Source of the DNA: Candidatus Heimdallarchaeota archaeon
Lineage (GTDB): Archaea > Asgardarchaeota > Heimdallarchaeia > Hodarchaeales > Hodarchaeaceae
Direction of reading: 5' to 3'
Length of the DNA stretch: 64,000 bases
Assembly (NCBI GenBank): GCA_011364965.1
Contig: RDOB01000002.1
Coordinates: forward strand, 64,001-128,000
Positions 26,520-36,636 of this stretch are shown here, piece after piece (positions within the stretch are counted from its first letter, which is position 1; each line of letters opens with the position of its first letter). Below the pieces are notes generated by a model. That model made no database searches and was not told the origin of the DNA. It saw nothing but the letters and a program-made list of their open reading frames with translations. The position numbers and the translations under genes are program-made.

Positions 26520-29198
26520 ATGGCTAAAAATTTCAAAAAAACATGTTGGACATTTGGGTTGTTGTTGGTCACTTTATTAATAGTATATGGGGAAGTAGCA
26601 CGAATGGGAACCGCTTACGTGGTTCCTCCAATAGTGATAGTTGAAAATCATACGCGAACTCCTAGTGTCCCTGATCAGGGTGAAAATGCAGAAGTATCTT
26701 GTTATGTTTATCATAGTGGTGGGTCCAGTCTAAGTGTCTATCTTTATTACAGAATTAATGGTGGTGAATTCACACAAGTTACAATGACTAGTACGGGTAG
26801 CAGTTATGTCAAATGGGATACTTATAGGTTTTATGAATATGTAAAATTATTACCTGCAGCTAATATTGACGATATTGTTGAATACTATATTCTAGCACGA
26901 GCAATAGCTGGAAGTCCACCAGAGGAATCCACAGATAGATCTCCAAATAGTGGATATTACTCCTATATTGTAAATGAATTATCTGAAATCTCTTGGAGTG
27001 ATCCAAGTGCAGGATCAGAGATCACATTTGGTCCAGATAATGATTATTTTCTATTTATTTTCGATTGGAGCTATGTAAATTTAGATGATGCGAGGTTAGA
27101 GATTGGAGATCAAAGTTTTGATATCCTTAATGGTACAACTCAGAGTTTTGAAGTCAATGTGAATGGTGCGCTTTTAGAGGGCTCAACTATATCAGCCATT
27201 TTGAAAGGTTATAAATCAACAGTTTTAGTTGCTTCTGATAGTCGATTATTCAGTTTCAGAAGATTGGACTATAGTTTAACATGGATTTCTCCTAGCAATG
27301 GGAATATTATTGCTTTTAGCCCCGTTGGATTAGCAAAGTTTAATTTCACCTTCAGTTCTGGATTTGATATTGATCAAGTTTATCTTTTTTTCAACAACAC
27401 AGATATGGGAGAAGTAATCAGTCCTGGAACAGTTGCGTTCACCTTTGAAGACTTTCAGGGAGTTATTTATGCCACCTTAAAAGGTTATGATTCATTGAAT
27501 CAAGAGATTGTTCAAACGTCACGAACTTTTTTATTTAGACGCTTAGTTATAGAAGTAATTTGGGACAATCCAAGTGAAAATAGCACCATTACTTTTGAAC
27601 CAGGAACTGAACCCGAGAGGTTCAACTTTACTTTCTCTAAAGGTACAGATGTTTTTTATGTGAAGTTAGAACTGAATATGCTAGATATGGGAGTAGTGTC
27701 AAATCCTGGGACGATCACATTTCCTTATAATGATAGTTTTCATGGATTGATTAAAGGGGAGCTTATAGGATACAATGCTTTGGATCAAGAGATTTCCAAT
27801 GCAATTCGTTACTTTAAGTTTGATAAGAAGATAGCTGTTCGCTTTGAGGCACTTCAGGAAAATGAAATTGATCTTGGAAGTAAATTGTATTTAATTCTTC
27901 ATGATCCAAATGGCGATGGAAGTGTATCCAGCTACGAAGAGTCTTCCTCCTTCTCTCTAGGAATTGGATGCGAGATCACTTCTAGTATCACTGCGGGATT
28001 AGAAATTGGCATTGAAGGAGAAAGTGATTTTTTTGGTCTCTTCAAGACTGGTGGGTCAGCTTCAACTAAACTTTCGTTATCAACTGAAGCAAGTTTTGGA
28101 TTAGATGCACGATTTCAAATAATTGATAGTACTTTTCTATCTTCTTCCGATTCATCTTCTGCCATTGATTTTATTGGGCCTGGATATGGTGATCGATATT
28201 GGGGTGAACTCTGGAAGTTCAAATATGTTTTTACCATCCATTATATTGAGTACTATAATGGAACTGAGCTTTACTTCGATCCTCACCTCTGGTGGGGCAT
28301 TCTAAGAGATGCAGAAGCATATCTTAGTGATCTTACAGCTCCTGATGAATGGAGAGAATTGAATCCAGTGTACCAAAACTATCCAGAAGAAAAAGTTGAA
28401 TGGTTGGGTGGTATCTTGATAAGTGATGGAGGAGGAACCTATACTAATACCCACGAGGTTACAAGCTCCAGTACTCTGAGCAGTTCGATTACAATTGGCT
28501 TAGAAAGTGAAACAAGAGCTAAACTTATCGCAGGTGGAGCTTTTGTTGAGGGATCGGTGGAATTATCCCTGAATACCAAAATTTACGCAGAAACAAGTGT
28601 GAGTAATACAATTAAAACGAGCTATAGTATCCATGATGACGAAACCACTGATTCAATCGTCCAAAGAGTTGGGATTGATAAAACTTTTGGCACTTACATT
28701 TTCAAAACGGAAAACGAATTCTGTTCTACCTCCAAACCTATAGAATACAATACAATTGATTATATTCCTCCTGAAATAGGATATCCTACCATTATATATG
28801 ATACTGATCAGGATTTCAAAGGACCAACGCCATCAGATAATCCATTGGTTACCGTTAAAATTGAAGAAGAAGGTGGTATACAAGATGCAATACTCTATTA
28901 TTCAATTGATAATGGGACAAGCTGGAGGTCAATAAAATTAGTAGAGTATGTAGGACAACCAGGGATCTGGTACACTAACATTCCCAAACAATCGAATAAT
29001 ACAATAGTTCAATGGTATCTGAAAGCTTGGGATTTAAGAGGTAATAGTGAAGAAAAATATGATTTAACAGGGGTTTATTTCTCTTATAAGGTTGGAGTTA
29101 TCATAAATCCTCTTGTTGGACAAACTCCTGGTTTTACATTTTGGACTGTATTATTTACAATAATAATTGGAATTATTTTTGTAAAAAGAAGACAATGA
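26520..29198 (+). CDS. Large secreted cell-surface protein with PGF-CTERM-like anchor
   Basis: Signal peptide; Ig-like termini; three ~90-aa internal repeats; S/T-rich central domain; C-terminal TPGF + TM + KRRQ; many N-x-S/T sequons. Confidence 0.85.
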   Translation: MAKNFKKTCWTFGLLLVTLLIVYGEVARMGTAYVVPPIVIVENHTRTPSVPDQGENAEVSCYVYHSGGSSLSVYLYYRINGGEFTQVTMTSTGSSYVKWDTYRFYEYVKLLPAANIDDIVEYYILARAIAGSPPEESTDRSPNSGYYSYIVNELSEISWSDPSAGSEITFGPDNDYFLFIFDWSYVNLDDARLEIGDQSFDILNGTTQSFEVNVNGALLEGSTISAILKGYKSTVLVASDSRLFSFRRLDYSLTWISPSNGNIIAFSPVGLAKFNFTFSSGFDIDQVYLFFNNTDMGEVISPGTVAFTFEDFQGVIYATLKGYDSLNQEIVQTSRTFLFRRLVIEVIWDNPSENSTITFEPGTEPERFNFTFSKGTDVFYVKLELNMLDMGVVSNPGTITFPYNDSFHGLIKGELIGYNALDQEISNAIRYFKFDKKIAVRFEALQENEIDLGSKLYLILHDPNGDGSVSSYEESSSFSLGIGCEITSSITAGLEIGIEGESDFFGLFKTGGSASTKLSLSTEASFGLDARFQIIDSTFLSSSDSSSAIDFIGPGYGDRYWGELWKFKYVFTIHYIEYYNGTELYFDPHLWWGILRDAEAYLSDLTAPDEWRELNPVYQNYPEEKVEWLGGILISDGGGTYTNTHEVTSSSTLSSSITIGLESETRAKLIAGGAFVEGSVELSLNTKIYAETSVSNTIKTSYSIHDDETTDSIVQRVGIDKTFGTYIFKTENEFCSTSKPIEYNTIDYIPPEIGYPTIIYDTDQDFKGPTPSDNPLVTVKIEEEGGIQDAILYYSIDNGTSWRSIKLVEYVGQPGIWYTNIPKQSNNTIVQWYLKAWDLRGNSEEKYDLTGVYFSYKVGVIINPLVGQTPGFTFWTVLFTIIIGIIFVKRRQ
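26985..27830 (+). repeat. Three tandem ~90-aa beta-sandwich repeats within the surface protein
   Basis: W(S/I/D)xPS..(I)xFxP...F(N/I)F...LxGY...RxFxF recurs three times; copies 2 and 3 share FNFTFS.G.D and DMG.V..PGT. Confidence 0.8.
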
Positions 29199-29314
29199 TA
29201 ACCTGAGAGGAATTAATATCCTCTTTTTCCTCTCTAAATTCTCTCCCTTTAAAATTACTATAAGGATATAGATCTTTAGATCTAAAATCTACAAAAGTTA
29301 GGAGTCCTTGTTCA

Positions 29315-29614
29315 ATGCCTAAAAAAGGTGAGCTTAAAGAATGGTTCTCCAAAATAAAATTTGGCTTAGATAATCCCCAAGAATTTACTATAGTATTTCG
29401 GGATTTTGATTCCTATATAGAGCTATCCTTTAAGGAATTTGAAGAAAGGCGCAAAACAGATAGTATACCCTTACATCGAATTTCTCAGATTCGGAAACTC
29501 GGCGTTCCAGTATTTACTCGTCCCGAGTTTTGTCAAAGATGTGGAAATCCTTTAGTGGAGGGTATTTGCCCAATTCATACGACTACTACTTATGATAACA
29601 AGAAGAATAGTTAA
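29315..29614 (+). CDS. DUF504/MJ1316-like RNA-repair-associated domain protein with C-terminal Zn ribbon
   Basis: SKIKF...FTIVFRD...IPLHRISQIR motif; C-terminal CQRCG...CPIH. Confidence 0.7.
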   Translation: MPKKGELKEWFSKIKFGLDNPQEFTIVFRDFDSYIELSFKEFEERRKTDSIPLHRISQIRKLGVPVFTRPEFCQRCGNPLVEGICPIHTTTTYDNKKNS

Positions 29615-29641
29615 ACTGATTTTTGTTATTAATAGCAAATT

Positions 29642-30406
29642 TTAAATTTTAATATCTAAAAACGATAGTCCATTTTTCCATAAGCTAATTTCTATATCTT
29701 TAGCAGATTCATTCTTTAGTTCTGCAATTTTCCTTACAACTTCATCCATTAGCCCAGGATGTCCTATTTTTCCCTGATACTTTACATTTCCATCCGATTC
29801 AGTCAGTAAGCGATCTTTGGTTATTATTTTAGGAACTTCTTGATGTTTAGGAGAATAAGCAAGGGCTGGCCCGCATGAAAAATAGAAATCCATCTCTTTT
29901 AGCATTTTTAGATGCGCTAAGTTACCTGAATACCAATGAATGCAAATCTTTTTCCCTGGTACAGAGCTGGAGCTCATTATTTCGATAATTCTCCTTTCAG
30001 CTCCTTTTACATGTAACATTATACTCAAATTTCGTTTTTCTGCTTGTTTCAAAAAAAATTCAAAGACCTCTTGTTGAGGCTGATATCTCTTCTCTTCCTT
30101 AATAAAATGAAAATCCAATCCGATTTCTCCAATATTTTTTATCTCTACATCAGAATTCATTAATTCTTCAAATTTGGATAGTTCATTAATATGTTTATGT
30201 GCTTTCCAAGGGTGAATTCCTATTGCAGGAATTATTTCTGGAAATTTCTTAGCTAAATGTATAGATATTAGCGATTCTTCATAATTTTGACTCATGGATG
30301 CAATATATTTTACATTATTTGCTTTCCAATTCTTTAGGTGAGATTCAATGTCTTTATAAAAGTAATTTTCTGGTAAATGACAATGTACGTCAATAAAAGG
30401 TGACAT
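29642..30406 (-). CDS. tatD: TatD-family nuclease
   Basis: DVHCH, GIHPW, IGEIGLD, LHVK, IHWY, LLTESD. Confidence 0.93.
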   Translation of the reverse strand: MSPFIDVHCHLPENYFYKDIESHLKNWKANNVKYIASMSQNYEESLISIHLAKKFPEIIPAIGIHPWKAHKHINELSKFEELMNSDVEIKNIGEIGLDFHFIKEEKRYQPQQEVFEFFLKQAEKRNLSIMLHVKGAERRIIEIMSSSSVPGKKICIHWYSGNLAHLKMLKEMDFYFSCGPALAYSPKHQEVPKIITKDRLLTESDGNVKYQGKIGHPGLMDEVVRKIAELKNESAKDIEISLWKNGLSFLDIKI

Positions 30407-30801
30407 TAATTAGTTTGCCCTTCCTTCTTTTATCTTTAAGCCCTTAAATACCATTTTTTTTATCCTTTAGTTTAATAAAGGTTATTATCTTCCAAACAAG
30501 TTACTATTTTAACGATGTAGAATTCAATTAAATTTTAAATTTTCTTTAAAGATTTATAATTGTTGTAAGATGTATTAAAAATCAAAACAATCATCATAAA
30601 AATCTCACTTTGAATCCCTTTATATGACAACTGTTGCCTTCTCAGTAAATCTTGATAGCAATTTTGAATTTATAGGTGGTAATACACATAGTAATGCTTA
30701 TGGTGTATTTAAGGACGACTAATTTACGTCGAAAATTTACCAGATACATGAATACTTATCCAGACTTATTCGCAGGCAAGCTTGTTGAAGGTGTATACTT
30801 T

Positions 30802-31071
30802 ATGAAGAATTCAGGAAAAAGTATGTTGCTATTACTTGCTGAGATGCAAAATGAGAAAGGTAATATCGAAGTTAATGTTATGGAACCCATACGGGAGAAT
30901 GAATTATTAGATAATCCAGATTTAAGGAGACTAAAACCTTGGTTAAAAGAAAGAAATCAAGTGCACCTACTGTTGGAGAAGGAAACCAAAGAGGAACTCA
31001 ATCAGGAGGAGAAAAGACTTCTGGTAGAACTGAGCAGGAAGCGTTTCTCGGTGCATGTGAAATTGACCTGA
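30802..31071 (+). CDS. Small hypothetical helical protein upstream of the SMC-like gene (start uncertain, 30676-30802)
   Basis: Open frame with charged helical composition; GGTG RBS-like element before ATG 30802. Confidence 0.45.
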   Translation: MKNSGKSMLLLLAEMQNEKGNIEVNVMEPIRENELLDNPDLRRLKPWLKERNQVHLLLEKETKEELNQEEKRLLVELSRKRFSVHVKLT

Positions 31072-31180
31072 TCAATTGTCTGAAACAATTAAGTTCCCTT
31101 CCATCCCAAGGACGAAAGGAGGATGATCCATTGACCCCCATATTACTAACATATGCACGCAAATGGAGGGCTGTAGAAAA

Positions 31181-33019
31181 ATGACTTTACGAATTGAACT
31201 TGAAAATATAGGTGGGATTGATCAAGTCGGATTAGAATTTAAAGAAGGGAAAAATTTAATCAAAGCACCTAATGCAACAGGTAAAAGTTCCTTTGTAAAA
31301 GGAATTGAACTATTGAACATGCCTGCTGACCGAATTGAACGAAAAAGGCATTACTTAAATTTATTTGCTGAAAAAGGACATGTTAAAATTGAAAAAGATA
31401 ACAAAATTCTCTGTGATCGACTATTCAGAGTAGCTTCAGGTAATCGATTAATTGTTAATGGTAGCCCATTTCATGTAGAGAACCAAAAAGCTAATCTTTT
31501 CACATTAGCGACTCCAGATAATGAATTAATCTCTTCTATAACCGCAGGTAGGAATTTAGAGGGATTGATAACTCAATATTCTGATGTTAAGTATTACAGT
31601 CATCTGATTACAAACATTAAAAATCGGATTTCAAATTTGAAAAAAGACCTAAGAATTTATTTGATGTATGAGTCTGATATCGAAAGCATGCGAGCAGAGC
31701 ATAATAAATTAAAGAGGGATTTAGAAAAAGCTAAGATAGAACGTGAAACATTACCAGAGATAAATTTAGAAGAAATTCAATCATATTCAGAGATAGAATC
31801 AAGATATCATAAATTTTCGAAAGATATAGTAGGTCTTAAGAATAAGATTGAGGCTGCAAATGATATTATTAGACTGGATAAAGCTAGAGTTAGGGATATT
31901 AAAAGTCAAGTAAAATCAATGGAAGAAGAAATAAAGAACTTCATGGCAGAACATCCGACCGTTGATCAGGAAATTGCTATTATTACAGAAAAAGTAAAGG
32001 AGAATAGAAAATTTCTCGCAGAGGTTAAAGGAGAAAAGGCTGAAACAGAGAAAGCGATAAAAGAAGTAAGGAACTGGATTTCCTTAAGTCAAAATATGAG
32101 CTTGTCTAAATGTATAGTTTGTGGACGTCCCTATACTGAAAAACATGCAAAAACTAGGGAAGATAAGCTCTTAGTGGAGGATTCACACCTCAATCGACGA
32201 GTTCGCGAACTGGAATTTCAAATTGATGATCTCGAGCGCTCCAAAGAGGATTTGGAAGTCCTCATTCATAAAATTAAAAATGATAATCAAATCAAAATAA
32301 GTAAATCGAAGCAGGAATTACGTAGATTGCACAAGGAGGTCTCAACTAAACAAAAGGAGATTCAGAGTTCAGAGGAGAAATATGTTCAAAAAGAATCTGA
32401 ATTGGCAATATTGGCCAAATCCATCGATCAAGGCAGAGCTGATTCAATTAAACTTATTACAGAATTGGATGCTAAAATTCAACGAATTATTGGCAAAATC
32501 GAACAATTAGATAAACAAATGGCAGAAAAATCTCAGAGGATCGATCAAACGGATTTAGTTCAATCTGAATTCGATTTTTATAGCGTTCTTTTAAATCATA
32601 TCGAGAAAAGAGAGGCAGTCGTAAAACTAGGAGTAATCGAGAACTTTAATGCTCAAATCGAAAAAGTTTACCAATTAATGTCTTATCAAGACTTTGAGGA
32701 AATACGATTTAATCCAGATTTTAAATTGATTGTACGAAGAAAGCGAAAAGGCAAATCTATTGACCAACCTATTGAATCTTTAAGCGATAGTGAACGTATC
32801 ACCATTGCTTTGATAGTTATGTTAGCTGGGCGAGAAGAATACATTGCTGACTATCCACTCTTTGTCTTAGATAAGGTGACTCTGGATTATGATCCTACTC
32901 GATTTGAAATGATATTAGATTATCTAACTCAAAGAAAAGTACCTTATATTATCGTAACTTTAGCGCAAAGTATCGAAGAAGCGAGTGGGAATTTAGAAGT
33001 TGAATATCTAACAAGTTAA
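31181..33019 (+). CDS. Archaea-specific SMC-related ATPase (Sph/ClsN/Rad50-like) with zinc hook
   Basis: ENIGGI, Walker A APNATGKSS, long coiled coils, central CIVC hook, signature LSDSER, Walker B FVLDK. Confidence 0.85.
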   Translation: MTLRIELENIGGIDQVGLEFKEGKNLIKAPNATGKSSFVKGIELLNMPADRIERKRHYLNLFAEKGHVKIEKDNKILCDRLFRVASGNRLIVNGSPFHVENQKANLFTLATPDNELISSITAGRNLEGLITQYSDVKYYSHLITNIKNRISNLKKDLRIYLMYESDIESMRAEHNKLKRDLEKAKIERETLPEINLEEIQSYSEIESRYHKFSKDIVGLKNKIEAANDIIRLDKARVRDIKSQVKSMEEEIKNFMAEHPTVDQEIAIITEKVKENRKFLAEVKGEKAETEKAIKEVRNWISLSQNMSLSKCIVCGRPYTEKHAKTREDKLLVEDSHLNRRVRELEFQIDDLERSKEDLEVLIHKIKNDNQIKISKSKQELRRLHKEVSTKQKEIQSSEEKYVQKESELAILAKSIDQGRADSIKLITELDAKIQRIIGKIEQLDKQMAEKSQRIDQTDLVQSEFDFYSVLLNHIEKREAVVKLGVIENFNAQIEKVYQLMSYQDFEEIRFNPDFKLIVRRKRKGKSIDQPIESLSDSERITIALIVMLAGREEYIADYPLFVLDKVTLDYDPTRFEMILDYLTQRKVPYIIVTLAQSIEEASGNLEVEYLTS

Positions 33020-33384
33020 TCCTCTAAATCTCGAATAGCTACCGCTTCGATCATAATCTTTGCTCCTAATGGAAGTGCAACTGCTTGTAATGTTGCTCTT
33101 GCAGGTGGATCACTTGGAAAATAACTTGCATAGATTTCATTGACTTTACTAAATTGATTGATATCCGTAAGATAGATCGTCGTTTTAACTATATCACTTA
33201 AGTATGCATCTGCTGCTGTTAATATGCTTTCAATTTTCTCCATGACCTGTTTCGTTTGTGATGCAATATCAGAGTTGAGATCAGCCCCTATCTGTCCTGA
33301 AACATAAATAAATTTGGCGCCTGAACATTCTATTGCTGGAGAATATGGTCCAACAGGTTTTCCAACAGAAATCACTTTTTTCAT
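33016..33384 (-). CDS. ridA: RidA/YjgF enamine-imine deaminase
   Basis: GPYSPA, VSGQI, VKTTIYL, NEIYASYF, PPAR, LPLGAKIMIEAVA. Confidence 0.93.
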   Translation of the reverse strand: MKKVISVGKPVGPYSPAIECSGAKFIYVSGQIGADLNSDIASQTKQVMEKIESILTAADAYLSDIVKTTIYLTDINQFSKVNEIYASYFPSDPPARATLQAVALPLGAKIMIEAVAIRDLED

Positions 33385-33404
33385 TATTATTCACCGATAT
33401 TTCG

Positions 33405-33833
33405 TTAATTTTCATTTGGAAGATCAAGTAAATTTAAGTTTGTGTCCGGATCCAATTTTCTGAGAACTCCAGGTTCTGTCGCAAAAATTGTAATCTCGCA
33501 TGTAAAGGACACTATACATCCTGAAAAGATGTGGCCTCCAATACAGGAGCTATCGATTCTACTAAATATACCGTGTGTGTGGACAATTTTGCCTTCTGTA
33601 ATATTTCCCAAGAGAGATAGAATTTCTAGATTTTCGGTAAATCTAGTTTTTAAATACTTATTTCCATCATAAAATCCAATTACAGCCGATGAGACTGCTC
33701 CAATTCCATTAATATAACCAGATTTAATACTCGGTTTGAATTCCAAGAAATCTATGACTGATTCCATGATATCATCCCCATTATTAAGACGAATTAAATA
33801 AATCTTGGATAAGTCTTGTTTTATGAATTTCAT
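33405..33833 (-). CDS. PPC-domain (DUF296/AF0104-like) protein
   Basis: IRLNNGDDI, GIGAV, EILSLLGNI, HTH, GGHI, TCEI. Confidence 0.9.
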   Translation of the reverse strand: MKFIKQDLSKIYLIRLNNGDDIMESVIDFLEFKPSIKSGYINGIGAVSSAVIGFYDGNKYLKTRFTENLEILSLLGNITEGKIVHTHGIFSRIDSSCIGGHIFSGCIVSFTCEITIFATEPGVLRKLDPDTNLNLLDLPNEN

Positions 33834-34005
33834 CCTATTTCATCACCTCTGTTTGGAAATATTTGAGATTAAATTTATAGTTATATTAAGTATATACTTC
33901 TTGCGTTCAGATTTTAGAAACTTAAGATCGATTCTGATAAATCGTTTAATAGCATTTGATTCTTTTTAAATCTGAAATTAAATATAATCCTATGGTAATC
34001 ATCAG

Positions 34006-34335
34006 ATGAAAAATCATAAGAATTTTGAATATTCTCACTCCAATATGACTCAAAAGCGAGTTGAAGAAGCTGAGAGCGTTTTAAAGGAAATGTACTTTGA
34101 ATTATGTATAAGTTCGCGTATTTTTGAAGAATGTGAAAGGAATATTCATGATTTCTATGTTCTTTGCCCTGATTCTACAATAACTTCCTTTACATTAGTT
34201 GGATGCCTTATTTATTTAAATTCATCAAAATTAAATGAGCATATATCTCTAAATACAATTTCAGAGAAGATAGGAGTATCTACTTCTTGGTTATCAAAAA
34301 AAAAGAGAATAATTGCTTCTATTTTAAAAATATAA
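34006..34335 (+). CDS. Small TFB/cyclin-fold-like protein (single repeat with HTH)
   Basis: 'LVGCLIYLNS...ISLNTISEKIGVSTSWLSKKKRIIASIL' matches the TFIIB C-terminal repeat pattern (A.lY.a......t...ia...gvs..ti.....l). Confidence 0.6.
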   Translation: MKNHKNFEYSHSNMTQKRVEEAESVLKEMYFELCISSRIFEECERNIHDFYVLCPDSTITSFTLVGCLIYLNSSKLNEHISLNTISEKIGVSTSWLSKKKRIIASILKI

Positions 34336-34478
34336 ATGCTTATGAAAGAGTGATTTCTCTCTCAATATAAAAAATCTTATATTATTAGTAGGCTTAGTTA
34401 TTCTAATCGAATTTTGTATTTGAAAGAATTTTTATAACCCAAAATAAATTGACCTTAGAGAGATTTTCGAAGCATTAA

Positions 34479-35483
34479 ATGAGGTTCTATCAGGTGAAAA
34501 TTTATTGTGATAGTCATTGTCGTCCTTGTATCTTAGATGGTGGCCCAAGCAGGAATATTGATGATATATCATTTTCAGCCTTTTTTTGTCCTGCTTGTAG
34601 ATCAGCCTTTTTTTGTGAAGTAGGGGTCGTACAGCAATTTTCACGTCAAAATCGGATACATTATTCTTGCTTTGAATGTGGAACTACGCTAGAAACAAAA
34701 ACCCTAGAAGAAATTGGGCTGGAAAAAGCTCGGTTTTTAATGGATAGTAAAAAGTTAAGTAGCAGTGGAAAATTCAGATCTACTTTAATTCCTAAAAAAC
34801 CCCTCCGTACAATGAAGAATCTCTCTATGCTCTTCGAGACGAAAACTATTAGCGCTTTTCACAGATCTCTTATCACAGAAATTTTGGGTATTACAGGGTT
34901 AACCCCTCAGGTTATCAGCAATTTTGCTAGGGACTTTGGAATTAGTGAAAACGTTATTTCAAGTTTGGCTGGTGATACTGAATCAACTCTCCTTACTCTA
35001 TCAAGCATTTCTCCAAATTTCATTGAAATTCTTCATTCAATATTAATAGGACGGGATCCAACCATTCAGGGAGGTTTAGCTCTTCGATTTTCTGTTTTTT
35101 CAAGTAATATCTCTGAAATTGTTTTTATCCAACCATCGCGATCTTTGATAGAATCTGGTCCCTATGACTTACTTGCATACGATAATCAAGGTATGCGAAT
35201 CTGGGTTTTTTGCGTTTCAGGAATTATTGACGCTTCAGACATTGAAACGATTATAGGTCCAATTTTAGATCTATTTCAAGACCCAAATCAATTTAAAGGT
35301 GTATCACAAATTTATATTGTTGGACAAGGGTTTAGCTGGGTTGCTAAGCAAATCTTGAGAAAATATCGTGGTATCGTTGTCACAGAGTCTAATCAAAAGA
35401 CAAGATCAATCCCCTTTGTACTCTGGCAGGAAAAAATCCTCGGAGAGGATCTTAACATTACATTTGAGAATATTAAATTCTAA
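34479..35483 (+). CDS. Zn-finger protein with degenerate C-terminal restriction-endonuclease-like fold
   Basis: CDSHC, CPAC, CFEC at the N-terminus; C-terminal 'PYDLLAYDNQGMRIWVFC...IYIVGQGFS..AK' resembles the Mrr-like fold but lacks ExK. Confidence 0.5.
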   Translation: MRFYQVKIYCDSHCRPCILDGGPSRNIDDISFSAFFCPACRSAFFCEVGVVQQFSRQNRIHYSCFECGTTLETKTLEEIGLEKARFLMDSKKLSSSGKFRSTLIPKKPLRTMKNLSMLFETKTISAFHRSLITEILGITGLTPQVISNFARDFGISENVISSLAGDTESTLLTLSSISPNFIEILHSILIGRDPTIQGGLALRFSVFSSNISEIVFIQPSRSLIESGPYDLLAYDNQGMRIWVFCVSGIIDASDIETIIGPILDLFQDPNQFKGVSQIYIVGQGFSWVAKQILRKYRGIVVTESNQKTRSIPFVLWQEKILGEDLNITFENIKF

Positions 35484-35498
35484 TTTTGAGGTAAGAAA

Positions 35499-36056
35499 TT
35501 GAGTAAAAGCAGCGAATTATCTGATTTTTCTCGCTATTACAAAATAGTATTTATTGGTATGAGTAGAGTTGGTAAAACTTCAATTGTAAACCGACTATTG
35601 GATATAAATCCTCTTACAGAGTATATCCCAACTATTGGATATAGATATTACAACTTAGATATTAATGAAGAGGATGAGCAATTTTACCTGCAGCTTTGGG
35701 ATGTCTCAGGAAATGAAATCTATTCATCATTCCTCGAATCTTATATAAAAAATGCAGCATTTTGCGTTTTAATTTTTGACTATAATAATCTAGAATCCCA
35801 GACTAAGATGGTAAATTTATACCCTACAATTAATAAGTATTTGAAAGATTCCCACATAATTCTAGTTGGAAATAAGGCTGAAAAAGTAAAATTAGAAGTT
35901 CCGAAGAAATTAAAATCTTGGGTTGAAGAAAAAAATCAAGCTATCTATCCAGTATCTGCAACTAAAAACACTGGAGTCACATTGATTTTACAAACTATTT
36001 TGAGGGTAATTAAAGAAGATTTGAGCGAAGAAATACAAAATTCACAAGCAGGTTAA
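35499..36056 (+). CDS. Rab-like small GTPase (divergent)
   Basis: GMSRVGKT, YIPTIG, LQLWDVSG, LIFD, GNKAE, VSATKNTGV. Confidence 0.9.
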   Translation: MSKSSELSDFSRYYKIVFIGMSRVGKTSIVNRLLDINPLTEYIPTIGYRYYNLDINEEDEQFYLQLWDVSGNEIYSSFLESYIKNAAFCVLIFDYNNLESQTKMVNLYPTINKYLKDSHIILVGNKAEKVKLEVPKKLKSWVEEKNQAIYPVSATKNTGVTLILQTILRVIKEDLSEEIQNSQAG

Positions 36057-36062
36057 TATTAT

Positions 36063-36461
36063 TCATTTCCATTCTTCTGAATCCCCCTGACATGAAGATT
36101 GGACGATTTCACATTTCCACCATAAGGATCTGTCTTGAAATAGACAAATATCATTAGTAACTTGGCACTGATTTTCCTCTGTGAGATACAAACACTGACT
36201 AGTAATGACTAGTTTGAGGTTCAATTTACCTGGGGGTGTTCCAGTCTGTAAGCTCGATGTTAAGTGCTCTCTGATGTCTTGATAATTCTGCACTTGGACT
36301 GATGTTAATATACTTCCCGTTTTGAATGATATTCCTCCTACAAGGGTGTCATCGAGCTCTAAAAATTGGAAAAGTTGACGCTGTAGGGAATCCAACATTT
36401 CATCATCGATCTCATCTATTCCCATCATCTTCAACATCTCTCTAAGCTTTTTGCGAAACAT
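36063..36461 (-). CDS. Hypothetical protein with Cys-rich C-terminus
   Basis: 132-aa ORF; C-x6-C-x6-C-x10-C pattern could bind metal. Confidence 0.6.
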   Translation of the reverse strand: MFRKKLREMLKMMGIDEIDDEMLDSLQRQLFQFLELDDTLVGGISFKTGSILTSVQVQNYQDIREHLTSSLQTGTPPGKLNLKLVITSQCLYLTEENQCQVTNDICLFQDRSLWWKCEIVQSSCQGDSEEWK

Positions 36462-36636
36462 TGCGATACCCTAATCGTTCCAAGACAATTCTCAGATATT
36501 AAACAAATATTCCTTTTCACTGCAGATATAAAGACATTAGGTTTCATATATTAATGCTAGGAGACAAGCATGGATATAGCAGATTCAAAATCTGTTTTTG
36601 CTCAAAATTTGTTCGATTTACTTGGTGTTTAATTTA

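Noticed and set aside
31060-31180. Possible Sec (TGA) readthrough with a GAAA-containing stem after the small ORF
   Set aside because: TGA is followed within a few codons by TGA and TAA, there is no selenoprotein context, and the stem is weak
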